Origin: an uncultured Fibrobacteria bacterium
GTDB lineage: Bacteria > Fibrobacterota > Fibrobacteria > UBA11236
Assembly: GCA_963716395.1 (NCBI GenBank)
Contig: OY970309.1
Span: forward strand, 2,720,001 to 2,784,000
Direction: 5' to 3'
Length of the DNA: 64,000 bases
Positions 40,023-49,733 of this stretch are shown here, in pieces; the stretch's first letter is position 1, and each line of letters opens with the position of its first letter. The notes under the pieces were generated by a model. The model saw nothing but the letters and a program-made list of their open reading frames with translations. It ran no database searches and had not been told where the DNA came from. The position numbers and the translations under genes are program-made.

Positions 40023-40976
40023 TCACAGCATGGCCGCCAAGGCCATTTCGATTTCGAAGCGGTGAAGATAGCGCCCCTGCTTCATTTCCCACTCCAAGCG
40101 GGCCAATCGGGCCAGCAAAAGTTTCCAGCGTGCCAGCGAGCGGGAGCGCGCCTGATCCAGGTATTTCTCCTTCACGATGTGCAGAAATTGATTCAGGCGG
40201 CAGGCTTCGACGATTTCGTGTTCGCCCGCGCCTTGATCGAGCAGGGTGCGGATTTTGGCCAAGGTCAAAAAGTGGGCGAACAGGCGCAGCACCACTTGAA
40301 AACCTTCGGTGCCGTTTTCGAGCAGGTTGCGCAGGGCCGGTAGAAAATCACGCGAGCGCCGCAGTCCCATGGCTTTCTGGAATTCGAAGATGGCGTAAAC
40401 CTTAAGCGGGCTGACCAGGCTTTCTATGGCTTCGGCGGTAATGGCTTCGCCTTTCGGCAAAAAAGTGTCGAGCTTTTCCAGTTCCCGATCCAATTCGGCG
40501 GTTTCTCCGCCCACGATGTCTTGCAAAAGCCGCGCTTCGGCGGCTCCCAAGCCGCGGCCATAGCGCTGGCGCGCGCGCTCCTGTAGCCAGGCGGGAATTT
40601 TGTTGTCGTAGGGCAGCTTGAATTCAAACCAGCGACCCGCGCGTTCCAGGCTTTTGGCCAAGGTGGATCGGCCGTCGATTTTTTCCGCGCTGAGAAAGAC
40701 CGCCACCTGGGGGTTGTCGTCGAGCCAGGCTTTTTCCAATACCTTCTGGCCCGCCGCAGAAACCTTGTCGTAATTGCGCAGGATCACGGCTTTGCGCGGT
40801 GCGAACAAATCGGCGCCTTGATAGGCTTCGGCGACTTGGGCCGCGTTCAGCTCTTCGCCGAAATGGGTTTCACGCACCACCGCACCGGTCTCCGAGGACT
40901 CCCAGCGGTGCAGTTCGGTGTCGAGGGCCTCGTGTCTGCGCAACTCATCGTTCCCGGCAAAAGCGAAGACGGGCAT
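40023..40976 (-). CDS. holA: DNA polymerase III delta subunit
   Basis: DLFAPRKAVIL, KIDGRS, LDRELEKL, IFEF; 317 aa. Confidence 0.85.
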   Translation of the reverse strand: MPVFAFAGNDELRRHEALDTELHRWESSETGAVVRETHFGEELNAAQVAEAYQGADLFAPRKAVILRNYDKVSAAGQKVLEKAWLDDNPQVAVFLSAEKIDGRSTLAKSLERAGRWFEFKLPYDNKIPAWLQERARQRYGRGLGAAEARLLQDIVGGETAELDRELEKLDTFLPKGEAITAEAIESLVSPLKVYAIFEFQKAMGLRRSRDFLPALRNLLENGTEGFQVVLRLFAHFLTLAKIRTLLDQGAGEHEIVEACRLNQFLHIVKEKYLDQARSRSLARWKLLLARLARLEWEMKQGRYLHRFEIEMALAAML

Positions 40977-40990
40977 GGTGCTTCTGCGGT

Positions 40991-41464
40991 TCAGCGGTAA
41001 TTCAAAATTTCGAGCTTCAACTTGCCCTTGGGAATTTGCACTTCGACCACGTCACCGGGCTTGCGCCCCATCAGGCTTTTGCCGATGGGCGAAGCGCTGG
41101 AAATTTTTCCCAGGTTGACGTCTACTTCTTCGGAACCCACCAGGGTGTATTCCACCACATTGTTGTTGCCCAGGTTTTTCACCGACACCACCGCCCCGAA
41201 AATGATGCGGTCGCTGCCGCCCGGGTTCGCGGTGACGATTTCGGCACGCGCGATTTTGTCTTCCAGCTCCTGGATTTTGTCTTCAATCATGCCCTGTTTT
41301 TCTTTGGCCGCATGATACTCCGCATTTTCGGACAAATCCCCCTGCTGGCGCGCCGCGGCGATCTCCGCGATGATTTGCGGCCGGTCATTCTTCTTGAGAA
41401 ATTCCAATTCCTGCATCAGCTTTTCATAAGCCGGTTGGCTCATTGGCAGTCTGCCGTCTGACAT
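40991..41464 (-). CDS. greA: Transcription elongation factor GreA
   Basis: GDLSENAEYHAAK, ISSASPIGKSL. Confidence 0.96.
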   Translation of the reverse strand: MSDGRLPMSQPAYEKLMQELEFLKKNDRPQIIAEIAAARQQGDLSENAEYHAAKEKQGMIEDKIQELEDKIARAEIVTANPGGSDRIIFGAVVSVKNLGNNNVVEYTLVGSEEVDVNLGKISSASPIGKSLMGRKPGDVVEVQIPKGKLKLEILNYR

Positions 41465-41687
41465 AGAAAACTCCCAGGCGAAAGCCCTAACAACGAACAC
41501 GGGCCTTGCGGCCCGCATTCAAACGGATTTAAACCTCTCCGTAGCTTGTCTAGAAAATAAACCCCTTTCCGCCTTATGGCCATCGGTTTTGTCCGGGAAG
41601 TGTGTAATTGTTCATTTCTGCAGGCCGGTTGTTATTTTCCCGCCCCAAAACACAGTTCGTTTTTCCGAAAACTTCGAAAGTGAAATT

Positions 41688-42863
41688 ATGCATGACGTAT
41701 CCTTTCCGCTGGGATTCAAGGCTGGCGGCACGGCTTGCGGGATTAAGAAAAACGGCCGACCCGATCTCGGCTGGATTGTCAGTGATCCTCCAGCGACGGC
41801 TTTGGGCGCGTTGACGCAAAACACCGCGGCGGCCGCGCCGGTGCGGTATTGCCGCCAGGTCTTGGCTTCGGGAGCCAAGGTTTCGCATGTGGTGGTGAAC
41901 AGCGGTAACGCCAATGCAGCCACCGGACCGCAAGGCGATGAAAACGTGTCGGCCACGGCGTCACATTTGCGGTCGGTCGCCGCAGTCCCGGGCGCGGTGT
42001 TGATTTGCTCCACCGGCGTGATCGGCGAGCCTTTGCCCATGGAATCGCTGCGGCGCGGCATCTTGGCTTTAAGTGCGGCAGCCACGGCCGATTTCGTGAC
42101 GGCCATCATGACCACCGACACTTTTCCCAAAACCGCGCAGACCTCCCTGAGGTTCGGCGATCGTGAAGTGCGTCTTGGCGGCGCGGCCAAAGGCGCGGGC
42201 ATGATATGCCCCAACATGGCCACCATGCTCGGCTTCGTCACCACCGATCTCGAATTGGATGCGGATTACCGGCCCCGGTTCCTGCACGTCGTGGATCGCA
42301 GTTTTAATTCCATCACGGTCGATGGCGATACCAGCACCAACGACACCGTCTTGTTATTGGCCAACGGCGCGTCCGGAATCCGCTATGTGGATCTTTCCGC
42401 GGCCGATCGCGATTTGTTCGACGGTGCCTTGTTGCAGCTCATGCGTCAGTTGGCTCAGGCCATTGTGCGCGACGGCGAAGGCGCCACGCATTTCATTTCC
42501 GTCGCCGTGCGGGGCGCGGCTTCGGAGGCCGACGCCAAGGCCGCGGCGCGGGCGGTGTCGAATTCCCCCCTCGTCAAGACCGCCTTCTTCGGCGGCGACG
42601 CCAACTGGGGGCGTGTGCTGGCGGCGGCCGGATATTCCGGCGCCGCGTTGGACCTGAACCGACTTTCGCTGGAGTTCTGCGGCGTCAAGGTGTTTGCAAA
42701 CGGCGCGCCCCTGCCGCGCGATGAAGAGGACCTGGCCCGCCGCATGCAGGCCAAAGACGTTTCCGTGAAGCTGGATTTGGGTCGGGGCGAGGCCGAATGG
42801 GTTTATTGGACTTGTGATTTCAGTTACGACTACGTGAAGATCAACGGCAGCTATCGGAGTTAA
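41688..42863 (+). CDS. argJ: Glutamate/ornithine acetyltransferase
   Basis: NSGNANAATG, STGVIG, KGAGMICPNMATML, DGDTSTNDT, DGEGAT. Confidence 0.96.
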   Translation: MHDVSFPLGFKAGGTACGIKKNGRPDLGWIVSDPPATALGALTQNTAAAAPVRYCRQVLASGAKVSHVVVNSGNANAATGPQGDENVSATASHLRSVAAVPGAVLICSTGVIGEPLPMESLRRGILALSAAATADFVTAIMTTDTFPKTAQTSLRFGDREVRLGGAAKGAGMICPNMATMLGFVTTDLELDADYRPRFLHVVDRSFNSITVDGDTSTNDTVLLLANGASGIRYVDLSAADRDLFDGALLQLMRQLAQAIVRDGEGATHFISVAVRGAASEADAKAAARAVSNSPLVKTAFFGGDANWGRVLAAAGYSGAALDLNRLSLEFCGVKVFANGAPLPRDEEDLARRMQAKDVSVKLDLGRGEAEWVYWTCDFSYDYVKINGSYRS

Positions 42864-43255
42864 GACACGAGCTGGCGCAGGCGGGCGGTGGTTTGCTCGC
42901 GGTCCAGCCGCGAGGCCGCGACGTCGAGCACGAGGTATTCCCACGCGTTCACCTGCAAGGTTTCTGGGGAGAGAAGATCGTTCTGTTCCAGAAAAACCAG
43001 GCAGACGGCCAAAGCCACGCGCTTATTTCCATCCAGGAAAGGATGGTTGCGGCACAGATAGAAGAGGTACGCAGCCGCGATTTCAATGCCATCGCTGAAA
43101 ACAGGCTCGCCAAAGGCGGTGGCTTGGGTGGCGGCCACACCGGATTCCAGTAAGGCGTCGTCACGAATACCTGACAACCCGCCATGGGCGGCAATCACTT
43201 CACGGTGGATCGCTTTTACGGCCGCCGGAGTCAGATGGACCCAGGGGTGGTTCAT
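42860..43255 (-). CDS. doc: Doc/Fic-family toxin
   Basis: HPFLDGNKR Fic motif; HGG..GIRD..LLES. Confidence 0.9.
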   Translation of the reverse strand: MNHPWVHLTPAAVKAIHREVIAAHGGLSGIRDDALLESGVAATQATAFGEPVFSDGIEIAAAYLFYLCRNHPFLDGNKRVALAVCLVFLEQNDLLSPETLQVNAWEYLVLDVAASRLDREQTTARLRQLVS

Positions 43256-43482
43256 TGAGAAAGGCGGCGGAATAATTCTTCGTTCTTGGCGATCCAATTC
43301 TTCGCGGAGCGAGCACCCTCATCTGGAGTTATCACGGGCCGAGTGGGAGTAAGTACGATGGTGCCGCCCTCGTGGACGGAAATGTTTATCTCATCACCCA
43401 CCTTGAGCCGGGCCAAATCCATCAGCGCGGCGTCGAGAATGATGCCTTGCGAGTTCCCGATTTTGGCGATGGTCTTGAGCAT
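43252..43482 (-). CDS. AbrB/MazE-family antitoxin
   Basis: KIGNSQGIIL; ELFRRLS C-terminus; 4-nt overlap with the toxin gene. Confidence 0.88.
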   Translation of the reverse strand: MLKTIAKIGNSQGIILDAALMDLARLKVGDEINISVHEGGTIVLTPTRPVITPDEGARSAKNWIAKNEELFRRLSQ

Positions 43483-43517
43483 AACGTAATACTATGTTTT
43501 ACCTCGTCGAAAGTCAA
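43483..43517 (-). promoter_or_regulatory. Promoter and probable operator of the TA operon
   Basis: TTGACT-17nt-TAGTAT, ATG 6 nt downstream; imperfect palindrome AACGTAATACTATGTT over the -10 box. Confidence 0.6.
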
Positions 43518-43603
43518 GCAACTAAGCCCGCTTCCGGGTTTCATCGATTTTCCGCCGCAGGCCGCCCGACTTCGCTAAATTTTAGGCCCCCGAAAGGAAA
43601 CCC

Positions 43604-44851
43604 ATGTCTGCTTTGACCGCACTTTTGTCCCAAACCGATCCCGAAGTCGCGGCCCTCGTCGCCCAGGAAGGACGTCGCCAGGAAGAAGGCATCGAACTCA
43701 TCGCTTCGGAAAACTACGTGAGTCGGGCCGTGCTCGACGCCATGGGGTCGGTATTCACCAACAAGTATTCCGAAGGTTATGCGGGCAAACGGTATTACGG
43801 CGGCAACGAAGTCGTCGACGCCATGGAATCGCTGGCCGTGGCGCGCGCCAAAGAGTTATTCGGGGCCGAACACGTCAACGTGCAGCCCCTGTCGGGTTCA
43901 CCGGCCAACTTGGCGGTGTACATGGCCGTGGCCAAACCCGGCGACAAAGTGCTGGGCCTCAAACTGGATCACGGCGGCCATCTTTCCCATGGCCATCCGG
44001 TGAATTTTTCCGGCCTCAATTACAACTTCGCGCAATACGAAGTCGACGAAAAGACCGGACGCATCGACATGAACCGCGTGCGCGACATCGCCTTGCGCGA
44101 AAAGCCGCGCCTGATCATCGCGGGCTTTTCCGCCTATTCGCGCGACATCGACTGGAAGGCGTTCAAAAGCATCGCCGACGAAGTCGGGGCCGTGACCTTC
44201 GCCGACATCGCCCACATCGCGGGCCTTATCGCCGGCAAGGTGCTGGAAAACCCGGTGCCGATTTTCGACATCGTCACGACCACCACGCATAAAACTTTGC
44301 GCGGGCCGCGTGGCGCCGTCATTCTGTGCAAGGCCGCCTTCCAGAAAGACATCGACCGCACCGTGTTCCCCGGCATTCAGGGCGGGCCGCATGATCACAT
44401 CAATGCCGCCAAAGCCGTATGCTTTCGCGAAGCCTTGCAGCCGTCGTTCCAAAACTACGCGCGGCAAGTCATCCGCAACGCGCAAGCCATGGCCGCCGAG
44501 CTGATGAACCGCGGCTACCGCATTCTCTCCGGCGGCACCGACAACCATCTCATGGTGGTCGATTTGCGCAGCCAGGATTTGGCGGGCAAGGCCGCCGAGG
44601 TGGCGCTCGACAAGGTCGGCATTTCGTGCAGCCGCAGCACCATTCCCTTCGACACGCGCAAGGCCTTGGATCCGTCGGGCATCCGCCTGGGAACTCCGGC
44701 CATGACCACGCGCGGCATGGGCGAGGCCGAAGCCCGGCTCATTGCGGGCTGGGTCGACGCCGCCGTTCACCACGCCGGCGACGAAACCGCGCTGGCCAAG
44801 ATTCATAACGAAGTGCGGGAACTATGCCGACGCTTTCCCCTGTACGCGTAA
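43604..44851 (+). CDS. glyA: Serine hydroxymethyltransferase
   Basis: ELIASEN, NKYSEGY, GGHLSHG, TTTTHKTLRGPRG. Confidence 0.97.
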   Translation: MSALTALLSQTDPEVAALVAQEGRRQEEGIELIASENYVSRAVLDAMGSVFTNKYSEGYAGKRYYGGNEVVDAMESLAVARAKELFGAEHVNVQPLSGSPANLAVYMAVAKPGDKVLGLKLDHGGHLSHGHPVNFSGLNYNFAQYEVDEKTGRIDMNRVRDIALREKPRLIIAGFSAYSRDIDWKAFKSIADEVGAVTFADIAHIAGLIAGKVLENPVPIFDIVTTTTHKTLRGPRGAVILCKAAFQKDIDRTVFPGIQGGPHDHINAAKAVCFREALQPSFQNYARQVIRNAQAMAAELMNRGYRILSGGTDNHLMVVDLRSQDLAGKAAEVALDKVGISCSRSTIPFDTRKALDPSGIRLGTPAMTTRGMGEAEARLIAGWVDAAVHHAGDETALAKIHNEVRELCRRFPLYA

Positions 44852-45960
44852 TCCCCGGGGCCGAAGCCCTGGCGGCGCGGGCCGCGCAGGTGCGCCGGGA
44901 ATTTTTTATCGGGAATCGGCGGATTTACCCCAACGCCTATTTGGCGCCCATGTCGGGCGTCACCGACATTTGCTTTCGACGGCTGGTGTCGCGCATCGCG
45001 AGCGGACGCACGGGCATGTTGATTTCGGAATTCATCTCGGTCGAGGGACTGACGCGCGACAACCCCAAGTCGATGCGGCAGATGGCTTTTGCCGAAGAGG
45101 AGCGCCCGTTCTCGCTGCAAATCTTCGGCGGGGAAGCGGCGCGCATGGCCTGGGGCGCGAAAATCGCCGAAGACACCGGCGCGGATTTCGTCGAGATCAA
45201 TTGCGGCTGCCCGGCCCCCAAGGTCGTCAACAAAGGCGGCGGATCGGGGCTGCTCAAAGACCTGCCCAACCTGGCGCTCATCCTGCGGGCGGTGAAAGCC
45301 GCGGTCTCGGTTCCCGTCACGCTCAAAGTGCGCATCGGCTGGAACGACGATCTCATCACCTTGTTCGAGACCCTGAACATCGCCGAGGGTGAAGGCGCGG
45401 CGGCCTTCGTCATCCACGGCCGCACGCGCGCGCAAGGTTATCGCGGCCTGGCGAACTGGGACCTGATCGGCCAGGCCAAGGCGCGCGCGCATATTCCCGT
45501 GGTGGGCAACGGCGACATCGTGCGCGTGGATCACATTCTCGATCGCCTGGAAACCTACGGCGTCGACGGCGTGGCCGTGGGCCGGGGAGCCATGCACAAT
45601 CCCTGGATCTTCGCCCACATCGCCGACCTCTACGACGGCAAGGTTCCCGTGGAACCGAATCGCGAAAATTACCTCTGGCTGTTCGACACCTACCGCGATC
45701 TTCTGCGCGAAGAAATGGATCTCGAAGTGCGCGTGCTGGGCAAGCTCAAGCAAATGGCCGCGCGCGTCTTGAAAGGCTTACGCGGCGCTTCGCTGGCGCG
45801 GCTGTCATTGCTGCGGTCGCAATCCGAAACCGAATTTTTCGACCTGCTGCAAGCCTATTTCGCGTCGCTCGAAGACCTCACCCCGCAGCTCGACGCCCTG
45901 GAAGATCTGAATGGCGGCGAAGTCAACGCGGTCGAATTCGGCAACGCGTATAAGAATTAG
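44824..45960 (+). CDS. tRNA dihydrouridine synthase (DusB-like)
   Basis: LAPMSGVTD, QIFG, INCGCP, KVRIGW, HGRTR, GNGDI, GRGA..NPWIF. Confidence 0.92.
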   Translation: MPTLSPVRVIPGAEALAARAAQVRREFFIGNRRIYPNAYLAPMSGVTDICFRRLVSRIASGRTGMLISEFISVEGLTRDNPKSMRQMAFAEEERPFSLQIFGGEAARMAWGAKIAEDTGADFVEINCGCPAPKVVNKGGGSGLLKDLPNLALILRAVKAAVSVPVTLKVRIGWNDDLITLFETLNIAEGEGAAAFVIHGRTRAQGYRGLANWDLIGQAKARAHIPVVGNGDIVRVDHILDRLETYGVDGVAVGRGAMHNPWIFAHIADLYDGKVPVEPNRENYLWLFDTYRDLLREEMDLEVRVLGKLKQMAARVLKGLRGASLARLSLLRSQSETEFFDLLQAYFASLEDLTPQLDALEDLNGGEVNAVEFGNAYKN

Positions 45961-46157
45961 GCGGCGGATCTGTTTCCGTGGATCCAAGCGGTCTTTATTC
46001 TTCGCGAGCGAGTTTCGCAGGGCCAAAGGCCCAAGGACGTGTTTGAGCGTGCAAAGAAAAAGGTTTCCCGGCTCCATGCGTCGCACCGAGGAGGCGTCTC
46101 AACGGCTATTCCACTAGGGCAATGGTTGGAAACACCTCCGACAAGACCCGGCGCGGG

Positions 46158-47522
46158 TCACGTCTCTTCGGAAATCAATTCGGTGTCGGCCGGGGGCAGC
46201 AAACCCTTTTCACGGTAGATGGGGCGCATCAACGCCCGGATTTTGGGCAGTTCCCAGGTGAAGATGGCCGCACCCAGCAGACAGCATGCGCCGGTGGCCA
46301 TGACGGTGCGGGGCGCGCCGATGCGATGCGCCAGCGCGCCGGCCATGAGGCTGCCGAACGGGGCCGCGCCGAAAAAGGCCATGGTGTAATAACTCATCAC
46401 GCGGCCGCGCATGTTTTCGCTGACCAGCGACTGGATGACGGTGTTGGTGGCGGCCGCGCCTTGCATGAGGCCGAAGCCGGTGAATGCCAAGAGCAGCAGC
46501 GACAGCCACAGATGCCGCGACAGGCCGAACAGCACCAACGACGCGCCCAGCGTGGCGGACGCGATTTGAATCATGCGCGTCAACCCGAGCACCGATTTGC
46601 GCAGCATCAGGGAAAAACCCGAAACCAACGCACCCACGCCCGATGCGCCGGTGAGCCAGCCCAACGTATGCGCGCCGCCATGCAGCACCTGGCCCGCGAA
46701 AATCGGGAGCAGCACTCCGTATGGATAGCCCATCAGGCCGGTGAGCGCAAAGAGCAGCAGCAAGGTACGGATGGGCCGGAAACTGCGGACGTAATTCCAG
46801 CCCTCGCGCATTTGTTCGAACAGGGTGCGGGCCTGGTGGGAAAGCGTTCCCGGCGCGACGCGCATGCGCAGCAGCGAAGCGATGACGGCGAAGTAGCTGA
46901 GGCCGTCGATGAGAAAACACCAGCCTTCGCTGAACGCGGCAATCAATGCGCCGGCAATGGCCGGGCCGATCAGGCGCGCGCCGTTGGCCATGGAAGAATT
47001 GATGGCGATGGCCGAGCCTAGGTCGGCGCGATCGTCGACCATGTGCACGAGAAACGATTGGCGTCCGGGCATATCGAACGCGTTGATGGCGCCTTGCAGC
47101 AGGCTGAGCGCGATGATTTCGTCGATGGTGATGGTATGCGCCAGGGTCAAGGCGGCCAGGGCCAGCGATTGCAGGGCCGCGCCGGCTTGCGTCCAGAGGA
47201 GCAATTTGCGGCGGTTGAGGCGCTCAACCCACACGCCGGCAAAGGGTCCGAACACGAAGGCAAGGATTTGTCCGGAAAAGCTGACGACGCCGAGCAGCAA
47301 CGCCGAATGCGTCAGACGATACACCAGCCAGCCCGTAGCCAGTCGCGTCATCCAGTTGCCGATGAGGGAAACGCTTTGGCCAAAAACGAAAAGGCGAAAG
47401 TTGCGGTGCCGCAGGGCTTTCCACGCATGGGGCATGGGCGGCCGCCGGAAAAACTTTTTGACGGCAGGCGCGCCGTGAACAGGCGTGTTACCGTGCTGCG
47501 TATGGTTGCGGGCCGGACTCAT
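46158..47522 (-). CDS. MFS transporter
   Basis: ALRHRNFRLF, DMPGRQS, ARLIGPA, RGRVMS; about 12 TM; ATGA overlap with marR. Confidence 0.92.
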   Translation of the reverse strand: MSPARNHTQHGNTPVHGAPAVKKFFRRPPMPHAWKALRHRNFRLFVFGQSVSLIGNWMTRLATGWLVYRLTHSALLLGVVSFSGQILAFVFGPFAGVWVERLNRRKLLLWTQAGAALQSLALAALTLAHTITIDEIIALSLLQGAINAFDMPGRQSFLVHMVDDRADLGSAIAINSSMANGARLIGPAIAGALIAAFSEGWCFLIDGLSYFAVIASLLRMRVAPGTLSHQARTLFEQMREGWNYVRSFRPIRTLLLLFALTGLMGYPYGVLLPIFAGQVLHGGAHTLGWLTGASGVGALVSGFSLMLRKSVLGLTRMIQIASATLGASLVLFGLSRHLWLSLLLLAFTGFGLMQGAAATNTVIQSLVSENMRGRVMSYYTMAFFGAAPFGSLMAGALAHRIGAPRTVMATGACCLLGAAIFTWELPKIRALMRPIYREKGLLPPADTELISEET

Positions 47523-47947
47523 GATTCCGCCAGGCGTTTGAGAATGGCGCCGGAGGCGAACAGGGTTGCGCGATCTTGGGCGTCGAGCCCGGCCAGGGCT
47601 TGGGCCAGCCAGGTTCGCCGGGCGAGGCGTACGCTTTTCCGCAGGGCGACGCCTTGGGCGGTCAGTATGAGATTCACCTGACGGCCGTCGGAGGGATGCG
47701 GCTTGCGCGCGACCAAGCCCCGCGCTTCAAGGGCCGCGAGCGTGGCTCCCATCGACTGCGGCTTCACGCCTTCGGCGCGCGCCAATTCCGCCGTGGTCGC
47801 CGGCCCGTCCGTGGCGATGCGCCGCAGCGTCGAAGACTCGGTCCAAGAAAGCCCATGCGCCGCCGCGGCGGCGCGCAGGCGGCGGGCCAGAAGTCCGATG
47901 GCATGGCTGAAATCGGCGACGGCGGCTTCAGGAATCTTGCGCGGCAT
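47519..47947 (-). CDS. MarR-family regulator
   Basis: ELARAEGVKPQSM, LEARGLV, PHPSDGR, LT..G. Confidence 0.9.
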   Translation of the reverse strand: MPRKIPEAAVADFSHAIGLLARRLRAAAAAHGLSWTESSTLRRIATDGPATTAELARAEGVKPQSMGATLAALEARGLVARKPHPSDGRQVNLILTAQGVALRKSVRLARRTWLAQALAGLDAQDRATLFASGAILKRLAES

Positions 47948-47956
47948 TCCGAACGC

Positions 47957-48009
47957 AGGATACCAAAAAACAGGTAAACTGACAAGTTAAACTTGCAAGT
48001 TTACCTGTT
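47957..48009 (-). promoter_or_regulatory. Promoter and inverted-repeat operator of marR-MFS
   Basis: TTGTCA-17nt-TATCCT on the minus strand; perfect 12-bp inverted repeat AACAGGTAAACT (47969-47980) / AGTTTACCTGTT (47998-48009). Confidence 0.75.
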
Positions 48010-48071
48010 GATCGCGGCGCTTTCACGCCGGCACGAATCTTGGGCCGCGGGATGGGATGTGGGAAGATTAA

Positions 48072-48130
48072 AGGGTACCTCTAGTAATCGGTCCGCCGTA
48101 GGCGGAGAATGCGATTAGTAGAGGCACCCT
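48072..48130. repeat. 59-bp palindromic mini-element (MITE remnant or REP)
   Basis: AGGGTACCTCTA.TAATCG / CGATTA.TAGAGGCACCCT arms around an inner TCCGCCGTAGGCGGA hairpin. Confidence 0.6.
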
Positions 48131-48239
48131 AAAGATTTCCGGGATCCGAACGCCTCGATTTGAATATCGGGAAAGAAACTGGGCGGGCGTGGTTTTATTC
48201 GACCGTTCTCATCGGACGAAGCTCATCCTGAGCCGGAGT

Positions 48240-49610
48240 TCAGTGGCTCGTGCCGATGGTAAGGTGGCCGAACTCCCGGAGCTTGGACAGCACTTCGTCC
48301 TGGATTTGATCGCAACGCGCTTGCGTTTTGCCTTCAAAGCGCGTCACCAGGCTGGGCTGGGTATTGGAGGCCCGCACCAAACCCCAGCCGCCCTCGAAGA
48401 GAATGCGCACGCCGTCGATGTCGATCACCGGGTATTTCGCCGTGAAATAAGCTGCCGCCGCCTGCGCGATGCGGAATTTTTCCGCGTCGTTTTCGCAGCC
48501 GCAGCGGATTTCCGGTGTGTTGAAATACAGGGGCACGCCCGCCAAAAGCTGTGACGGCGTCTGGCCGGTTTTGTCGAGGATTTCCAGCAGGCGGCAGCCG
48601 GCGTAGATGGCGTCGTCGTAACCGAAGTAGCGGTCGGCGAAAAACATGTGTCCGCTGACTTCGCCGGCCAAGGGCGCGTTCTCCTCGGACATTTTTTTCT
48701 TGAGCAGCGAATGCCCGACCTTCCAGAGAATGGGCCGGCCGCCGGCGCGGGTGATTTCCTCTTCCAGCGCCATGGAAGATTTGACTTCGAAAATGATTTT
48801 GGCGCCGGGCTGATCGCGCAGAATGTCTTTGGCGAAAATCAAAGTCAGAAGGTCGCCGGCAATGAGTTTGCCGTTCTCGTCGATGACGCCGATGCGATCC
48901 GCGTCGCCATCGAGCCCGATGCCGACGCGGCTGCCTGTTGATTTCACTTTGGCCGACAGGTCTTGGACGTTTTCCCAGATGGTGGGATCGGGGTGGTGGT
49001 TGGGAAAATTGCCGTCCACCGTATCGTAAATCGAAATCACTTCGGCCCCGATGCGCTCGTAGATGCGCTTCGCGAACAGCGCGCCTGCGGCGTTGGCCGG
49101 GTCAAGCACCATCTTGATCTTGGCTTTCAAATGGAAGCGCGCGGCCAGGTAGTCGCTATAATCTTCGGTGATGTCTTGCCTGCGGGTATGGCCCGTTCCC
49201 GTCGCGAAGGTTCCGGCTTCGGCCAGGTCGCGGATGGCCGTGATGTCTTCGCCGAACAAGGTGGTTTTGCCCACGCCGAGTTTGATGCCGTTGTACTCCT
49301 TGGGATTGTGGCTGGCCGTGATCATGGCGAAACCGTCGACGGGCAGGCGAAAGGCGCTGAAGTAACACAGGGGAGACGTCACGGCGCCGAGATCGATGAC
49401 GTCGAGGCCGGTGGCGTTGGCGGCCGCGATGAAGGCGTCCATCAGCCCGCGGGTATGGGTGCGCACGTCACCGCCCACGGAAATGGTCTTGGCGCCGCGC
49501 CGGCGCAATTGGGTGCCGAAGGCCTTGGCGATGCGGGTTACGGCGTCGGCGTTCAGGTCTTGCGGCACGCGTCCGCGAATGTCGTATTCACGAAAGATGG
49601 ATGGGTTCAT
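48240..49610 (-). CDS. Phosphomannomutase/phosphoglucomutase (AlgC-like)
   Basis: IFREYDIRG, ITASHNP, DGDADR, GEVSGH, RASNTQP. Confidence 0.95.
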   Translation of the reverse strand: MNPSIFREYDIRGRVPQDLNADAVTRIAKAFGTQLRRRGAKTISVGGDVRTHTRGLMDAFIAAANATGLDVIDLGAVTSPLCYFSAFRLPVDGFAMITASHNPKEYNGIKLGVGKTTLFGEDITAIRDLAEAGTFATGTGHTRRQDITEDYSDYLAARFHLKAKIKMVLDPANAAGALFAKRIYERIGAEVISIYDTVDGNFPNHHPDPTIWENVQDLSAKVKSTGSRVGIGLDGDADRIGVIDENGKLIAGDLLTLIFAKDILRDQPGAKIIFEVKSSMALEEEITRAGGRPILWKVGHSLLKKKMSEENAPLAGEVSGHMFFADRYFGYDDAIYAGCRLLEILDKTGQTPSQLLAGVPLYFNTPEIRCGCENDAEKFRIAQAAAAYFTAKYPVIDIDGVRILFEGGWGLVRASNTQPSLVTRFEGKTQARCDQIQDEVLSKLREFGHLTIGTSH

Positions 49611-49733
49611 GCTGTTCCCGGGGTACGGTTTTGAAATCAAAATGCAAAGTGCAAATTGCAAAAATCAAGCTTTTTTTCCGAACAATTTTCGCTTTGCGGT
49701 TGGATCTTGGCCGCTTGAACCTGGCCTACCCAA

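Noticed and set aside
45961-46140. MITE or ncRNA between dus and the MFS gene
   Set aside because: Only imperfect hairpins; no convincing terminal repeats or target duplication
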